60,129 nt of DNA from a virus (Duplodnaviria > Caudoviricetes), in the IMG/VR virus record IMGVR_UViG_3300011113_000688, positions 1-60,129 of that record. One strand, 5' to 3'. The notes under the pieces were generated by a model. It ran no database searches and was not told where the DNA came from. It saw only the letters and a program-made list of their open reading frames with translations. Shown in pieces: positions 54,920-60,129 of this stretch. Within the stretch, counting starts at the first letter, position 1; each line of letters opens with the position of its first letter. Made by a program: the position numbers and the translations under genes.

Positions 54920-57900
54920 ATGAGTTTAAAAAGAGCAGGTTTAACTGGCAGGCTGAACAATCAGCCTAGATTTACTGGTAGAAGAATTACTTTAAATAGA
55001 GTAAGCCTTAGACGTTTTCCATTTCCATCGGCACCTGCTGCACCTGAGGCTGTTTATGTAGAAGATGTTTATTCCACATATCTTTATACTGGAACAGGTA
55101 CAACACAAAGTATTCCAAATAACATTCGTTTAGGTGATGGAGCAACATCATCAGGCTGGATTACAACTCTTAGCATACCATCAACTACGACAAGCACTTA
55201 TGGTAGATCAGTAGCAGTGGATGGTGGCGGCAATGTCTATGTTTGTGGAGAATTAAACACCACACTTAGCACAGAACTTTTTATCGCCAAGTATAATTCT
55301 TCTGGAATTTTTCAATGGCAAAAATCAATTGGCGGCGCTAATAACAGCAGCGGTTATGCTGTAAGCGTAGATAATAATAATAATGTTTATGTGTGTGGAG
55401 GGTCAACACAAGGATCACCGGCGACTGATGATTTTCTTATTGCCAAATACAATCCTTCAGGAACACTTCAGTGGCAAGTAAGACTTGGTAACACCACTGC
55501 CGCACAAACCGCAGAAGGAATAAAAACAGATGGCTCTGGCAACATATACGTTGTTGGTTATACGGGTAACGTTGCCGGGGGATTTGATGTTCAACTTGCC
55601 AAATATGACACAACAGGTGCAATTCAATGGCAAAGAAGCCTTGGTTTAGGTGGAACTGCATTTAATTTTGGTCGTGATATCGCAGTAGATTCTAGTGGTA
55701 ATTGCTATATTACAGGTCAAGAAGTTGTTAGCACTAATGATAGACTTCTTACCGCCAAATATGATACGAATGGGGTTCTTCAATGGCAAAGAAGACTTAC
55801 TGGGTCAAGTACCAGTGACAGGGGACAAGGTGTAGCAGTAGACAGTAGCGGTAATGTTTACGTTTCCGCTTTTTCAAACACTAATAACATCGATTACAAT
55901 GATTTTATCATTGCGAAGTATAATACCTCCGGTGTTCTTCAATGGCAAAGAAGACTTGGCACTGATCTTAAAACAAGTTTTGGTATGTCAGCAGCGGTAG
56001 ATGGCAGTGGAAATGTGTATGTGAATGGTTATTCTGGTGATAGTCCAAGCGGTAGTAACAGAATGCTAATTGTCAAATATGACACATCTGGTGTTCTTCA
56101 ATGGCAAAGAAGACTTGGTTTTTCTGCAACTAGTTTTCAAGGAACATCGGTAGCAGTAGATACGAGCGGCATGGTATATATTTGTGGAAATGGCCAAGCT
56201 GAAGCCGGTGGTAAGTATGTCACTATATTAGCTAAATTGCCAGGAGATGGTTCTGGCACAGGAGGATATTCATCAGCAGGTTCTTTCTTGATGTATGAAG
56301 CAAGTTCACTAACAAACTCAGCGGCTACTTTAGCTAATTCCGCAGCCGGTCTCAATAACACCGCAACCACATTCAGTAATACTACATCTATAGCAACGGA
56401 AACAACAGGCAATTTAACGTCTAGTTTGGTTTCTATAACTACCGGCACTGGTTTTGGTGGTCTAGTTTGGATCAAAAGCCGCAGCGGAGTTACTGGTCAT
56501 CGTTTTACTGATACTACAAGAGGTGCAACTAAGTCTTTGAATTCTTCTTCAGATGGTGCTGAGGCAACCGAATCAACAGGACTTACTTCTTTTAATTCTA
56601 CAGGATTCACTATTGATGCAGATGCAGATTATAACAACGGTGGCGATGTTTACGCCTCATGGACATTCCGAAAACAAGCCAAGTTCTTTGATGTGGTAAC
56701 TTATACTGGGAATGGTGTTGCCGGTAGAACCGTAGCGCATAACCTTGGTTCTGTGCCGGGATGTATTATTGTTAAACGTTTGAATAATACAGGGGGTTGG
56801 CGTGTATATCATCGGTCGTTAGGGGCGACTCAAGATTTATCTCTTGAGCAAAATATTACGGCTTTGGCCAGCTCTACAGTTTGGAATGATACAGCGCCCA
56901 CGGCAACAGTTTTTAGCGTTGGTACAAATGTGGGCGTAAACGGAAATGGTAGCACTTACGTTGCCTACCTATTCGCCCACGACGCAGGTGGATTTGGCGC
57001 TACCGGTACGGACAATGTAATTACCTGCGGCAGCTATACTGGAACGGGCGCCGACCCCGGCCCGACCATTACCTTAGGTTATGAACCTCAATGGGTGTTA
57101 ATTAAGATCGCAAGTGGTACACCAAATGATTGGGTTATTACCGATAATATGAGGGGTTCAATAGCCAGAGATGCTGGTTCGACAAGAAGAGACCTTTTGG
57201 CTAACCTTACCGATGCTGAGAACAATTTTTTTAGTGGAACAATAAGCCCATCAGCAACCGGTTTTACGATAGCTTCAAATAATAATAAGGTCAACGAACT
57301 CAATTCTACTTACATCTACATCGCCATCCGTCGTGGTCCTATGCGAACACCGACGAGTGGCACCGAGGTGTTTCAGCCAGTCGTATATACTGGCACTAAC
57401 GTTGATAATCGCCGAGTGATAACCAATATTTTGACTGACATGATTATGGCTCGTCAAAGGAGTTCAACAGCGGTTACTGGATTCGTTGTTGGTGACAGAC
57501 TGAGAAATAATCAATACTTAACTACTGGCGCTACCGCAGCAGGAGTTACTGATGCTGACTCTTTGATGTCTCCTACAACAGTATATGGCACTGCATTTTC
57601 TGACATGAATGGATTTGGTGTTGGTAATGATGCAACTTCTCAATTGAACATAAGCACTGTTGTAAATAACCAAATCGTTGAAGCCTTCAAACGTGCTCCT
57701 GGATTCCTTGATATTGTTACATATACTGGCACCGGTAATGCCCGAACTATCAGCCACAATCTAGGTGTAGTGCCTCAAATGATGTGGGTGAAAGAGACAT
57801 CTACGGCCGACAACTGGGTCGTTTATACTCAAATGACTGGACCAGGTTCTTATGGATCCTTAGACAATAATACAGGTGTAACTGGTTCTCCCACAAGATG

Positions 57901-59128
57901 GAACAACACGGTGCCCACAACATCCGTTTTTTCCGTGGGAGCTTCTGCGGATACGAACTCTAATGGGGTAAGTTATGTTGCTTATCTCATGGGCAACATT
58001 CCGGGTGTTGTTAACTTGTCTTACTACGTCGGTCTAGGAGTGGGAACATCACAACAAGTGGATTGTGGTTTCACCAGTGGCGCTCGGTTCATAATGCTGA
58101 AAAATTTCAATGCCAGTCGTCCTTGGTACGTATATGATTCCGCCCGTGGCATCTCATCCGGAAACGATCCTTGGTTAGCAACGGACAGCACGGCAGCGGA
58201 GAATACTGCGACTGATTATATTGATCCGTATTCTGGTGGATTCGAAATTTCCGCCACCGCACCAGATGATCTAAATGTAGGATATGGTCAAGTCATGAAT
58301 GATCAAGCTGGCGTAGATGGCGTGCTGACTTTGAGTGACATCGTTTATGGTGGTGGACTGTGGGTGGCGATTAGTTCGGGGGGAAATGTATCCCGTTCTG
58401 TTACCGGATATGGTTGGACTACTGTTACTAGCGTCATAGGTACGGGTAATGGAGTAACGTTCGGTAATGGATTGTATGTTGTGGTTGGTGGCAGTGGTGC
58501 TATAGCCACATCCCCAGATGCAATCACTTGGACTTCCCGTACCAGTGGCGTGTCGGTGGCGTTGAATAGTGCTGCGTATGCCTTTGGAAAATATTGGGCG
58601 GTCGGTAATGGCGGAACTGTTTTATCGTCTACCGATGGCATCACTTGGTCGTCCGTATCATCAGGCACCACTAATGTTTTAAGACAAATCAGGTTATTAA
58701 ACAATAATTTGGTTATTGTTGGAAATAGCGGAACTATTGTGACTTCAGCGGATGGTGTCACATTCACCGTTCGTACAAGTGGTACCACTAACGATTTAAG
58801 AGGAGTGGCTTTCGGAGCAGGACTTTACGTAGTGGTCGGCGTAAGTGGAACCGTCAGGACTTCACCGGATTTTGTGACTTGGACTGCCAGAACAGGACTG
58901 ACAGGGACGCTGACAAATATTGTGTGGGCTTCGTATAGATTTGTGGTTCAGAGTTCGGCACCTGCTATCTGGTATTCCGCTGATGGTATCACATGGACAT
59001 CTGGAACTTCTATGGGAACTAACGGCTATCAAGGGATGTGGTTTGCGAATGACATCATAGTGATTGGTAGCGGCGACGGGGACATATACATATCTGACCC
59101 ACGTGTTTGGTATTGGGCTATAGCTTAA
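54920..59128 (+). CDS. Tail fibre / receptor-binding protein with two beta-propellers
   Basis: AVDSSGNVYV...AKYDT.G.LQWQR repeats; YTG.G scaffold repeats; S.DG.TW (BNR-like) repeats. Confidence 0.78.
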   Translation: MSLKRAGLTGRLNNQPRFTGRRITLNRVSLRRFPFPSAPAAPEAVYVEDVYSTYLYTGTGTTQSIPNNIRLGDGATSSGWITTLSIPSTTTSTYGRSVAVDGGGNVYVCGELNTTLSTELFIAKYNSSGIFQWQKSIGGANNSSGYAVSVDNNNNVYVCGGSTQGSPATDDFLIAKYNPSGTLQWQVRLGNTTAAQTAEGIKTDGSGNIYVVGYTGNVAGGFDVQLAKYDTTGAIQWQRSLGLGGTAFNFGRDIAVDSSGNCYITGQEVVSTNDRLLTAKYDTNGVLQWQRRLTGSSTSDRGQGVAVDSSGNVYVSAFSNTNNIDYNDFIIAKYNTSGVLQWQRRLGTDLKTSFGMSAAVDGSGNVYVNGYSGDSPSGSNRMLIVKYDTSGVLQWQRRLGFSATSFQGTSVAVDTSGMVYICGNGQAEAGGKYVTILAKLPGDGSGTGGYSSAGSFLMYEASSLTNSAATLANSAAGLNNTATTFSNTTSIATETTGNLTSSLVSITTGTGFGGLVWIKSRSGVTGHRFTDTTRGATKSLNSSSDGAEATESTGLTSFNSTGFTIDADADYNNGGDVYASWTFRKQAKFFDVVTYTGNGVAGRTVAHNLGSVPGCIIVKRLNNTGGWRVYHRSLGATQDLSLEQNITALASSTVWNDTAPTATVFSVGTNVGVNGNGSTYVAYLFAHDAGGFGATGTDNVITCGSYTGTGADPGPTITLGYEPQWVLIKIASGTPNDWVITDNMRGSIARDAGSTRRDLLANLTDAENNFFSGTISPSATGFTIASNNNKVNELNSTYIYIAIRRGPMRTPTSGTEVFQPVVYTGTNVDNRRVITNILTDMIMARQRSSTAVTGFVVGDRLRNNQYLTTGATAAGVTDADSLMSPTTVYGTAFSDMNGFGVGNDATSQLNISTVVNNQIVEAFKRAPGFLDIVTYTGTGNARTISHNLGVVPQMMWVKETSTADNWVVYTQMTGPGSYGSLDNNTGVTGSPTRWNNTVPTTSVFSVGASADTNSNGVSYVAYLMGNIPGVVNLSYYVGLGVGTSQQVDCGFTSGARFIMLKNFNASRPWYVYDSARGISSGNDPWLATDSTAAENTATDYIDPYSGGFEISATAPDDLNVGYGQVMNDQAGVDGVLTLSDIVYGGGLWVAISSGGNVSRSVTGYGWTTVTSVIGTGNGVTFGNGLYVVVGGSGAIATSPDAITWTSRTSGVSVALNSAAYAFGKYWAVGNGGTVLSSTDGITWSSVSSGTTNVLRQIRLLNNNLVIVGNSGTIVTSADGVTFTVRTSGTTNDLRGVAFGAGLYVVVGVSGTVRTSPDFVTWTARTGLTGTLTNIVWASYRFVVQSSAPAIWYSADGITWTSGTSMGTNGYQGMWFANDIIVIGSGDGDIYISDPRVWYWAIA

Positions 59129-59148
59129 ACATAAAAAAGGAAAAAAAA

Positions 59149-59625
59149 ATGGGATATAGATTACAATCAACAGGCGAATATTTTCCAACAGACCATGCTA
59201 TGCGTGGTACAATACCATCAACGCCAGCACCGGTGACAACTGAGTGGATGGAAGCAAACGGCGTTGATCCTGTATTCGAAGGACCGCAAGCATCTGGTGG
59301 TACAGTATATCAATACAGCCAATTTTCTGGCATTGAACAAATTGACGGAAAATGGTTCACTAAGTATGTGTTAGGACCAATCTTTACTGACAATGACGAT
59401 CAAACTGCGGCTGAACAAGAGGCAGCATATCATGCAAGAAAAGATGCTGAACAAAGTGAAGCTGTTCGCCGCACACGCAATCAAAGATTGACAGAATCCG
59501 ATTGGACACAACTGGAAGATTCACCAGTGGATAAAGCAGCATGGGCAACCTATCGCCAAGCACTGCGTGATATGTCGTCGCAAGAAGGTTTTCCTTGGAA
59601 CATACAGTGGCCTGAGAAGCCATAA
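59149..59625 (+). CDS. Tail fibre assembly chaperone
   Basis: RNQRLTESDWTQL.D...WATYRQALRD...WP.KP. Confidence 0.82.
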   Translation: MGYRLQSTGEYFPTDHAMRGTIPSTPAPVTTEWMEANGVDPVFEGPQASGGTVYQYSQFSGIEQIDGKWFTKYVLGPIFTDNDDQTAAEQEAAYHARKDAEQSEAVRRTRNQRLTESDWTQLEDSPVDKAAWATYRQALRDMSSQEGFPWNIQWPEKP

Positions 59626-59655
59626 TGTATAAATTTATAAATGAAAGGTGATTGA

Positions 59656-60075
59656 ATGAACAACGAAGAGATTTATTATTCGCAGTTTTTGATTAATCAT
59701 AGTCAAGGCAAACTTGATTGTAATTATAAAACAGCAGCACGTGCATTAAGACCGGCAGCACAGTATGGTTTATCTGAGCAAGATGGTGAGTTTGTTTTTG
59801 GTGAGTATCAGGATCCTAGTGGTTTACCACCACCAACAAAAGAAGAAATACTCAGCGAACTGGAGTTTCAAGAAAGATTTTGCGAATATTGGCAGCATTT
59901 TTATGATCGTTATCAGGCATATCCTGATATTACTGTGCTGTTCAATTTGTTATTTGAAGCAATAGATAAAGATCAGATTCCTGGAAAAGAATCAGATTTT
60001 TATAAAATAATTAAAATAGTAAACGAACAATATCCTTGTCCTGCTGGTGAGCCACCTTCTAGAACGAATAAATAG
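59656..60075 (+). CDS. Hypothetical fibre-associated protein
   Basis: ALRPAA...PPTKEEI...R..AYP pattern. Confidence 0.6.
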   Translation: MNNEEIYYSQFLINHSQGKLDCNYKTAARALRPAAQYGLSEQDGEFVFGEYQDPSGLPPPTKEEILSELEFQERFCEYWQHFYDRYQAYPDITVLFNLLFEAIDKDQIPGKESDFYKIIKIVNEQYPCPAGEPPSRTNK

Positions 60076-60094
60076 AGTAAAACTAAGGATTTAA

Positions 60095-60129
60095 ATGTCT
60101 TATATTGGCAATCAAGTTACATCAGTACC
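60095..60129 (+). CDS. Partial tail-fibre gene (MSYIGNQ...), truncated by the window end
   Basis: AATAAATA late-like motif and AAGGA SD upstream. Confidence 0.55.
   Translation, partial: MSYIGNQVTSV

Noticed and set aside
55770-56120. Near-identical DNA repeats in the fibre gene as a DGR template/variable repeat pair
   Set aside because: They are in-frame propeller-blade repeats with no adenine-specific mismatch pattern, and no reverse transcriptase is present in the window.

Overview
This is a 60 kb piece of a large T4-like myophage genome. The PqqA peptide and the general gene content suggest a freshwater Burkholderiales-type host (inference). Left to right it contains: (1) small early ORFs behind TTGACA-N17-TATAMT sigma70 promoters, including a DUF262+HNH protein; (2) an array of 23 tRNAs (19 amino acids, no Leu) carrying an HNH homing endonuclease, a YkuK-type RNase H-like gene and several non-tRNA structured RNAs; (3) rubrerythrin plus an unannotated pqqA, RNase H, a nucleotide-sugar cluster, ClpP, glycine-rich fibre genes and a 2OG-Fe(II) oxygenase; (4) a circularly permuted two-piece tmRNA; (5) gp33/gp59/gp32; (6) the T4 tail and baseplate module (tape-measure-like protein, gp51, gp26, gp54, gp2, gp4, gp48, gp53, hub, gp5, gp25, gp6, gp7, gp8), a VrlC/DUF4815 protein and tail fibres. 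The most striking observation is a 31-codon ORF (6214-6309) directly upstream of the tRNA array. It uses 31 different codons, encodes all 20 amino acids, and its 3' end forms an antiterminator that is mutually exclusive with an intrinsic terminator. This looks like a pan-codon translation-sensing attenuator for phage tRNA expression. Also notable are a CCA-sequestering hairpin family shared by the tRNA array and the tmRNA intervening segment, an ArfA-like peptide, and a candidate -1 frameshift fusing gp26 to gp51. All product calls come from motif recognition and synteny by eye; no database searches were run.
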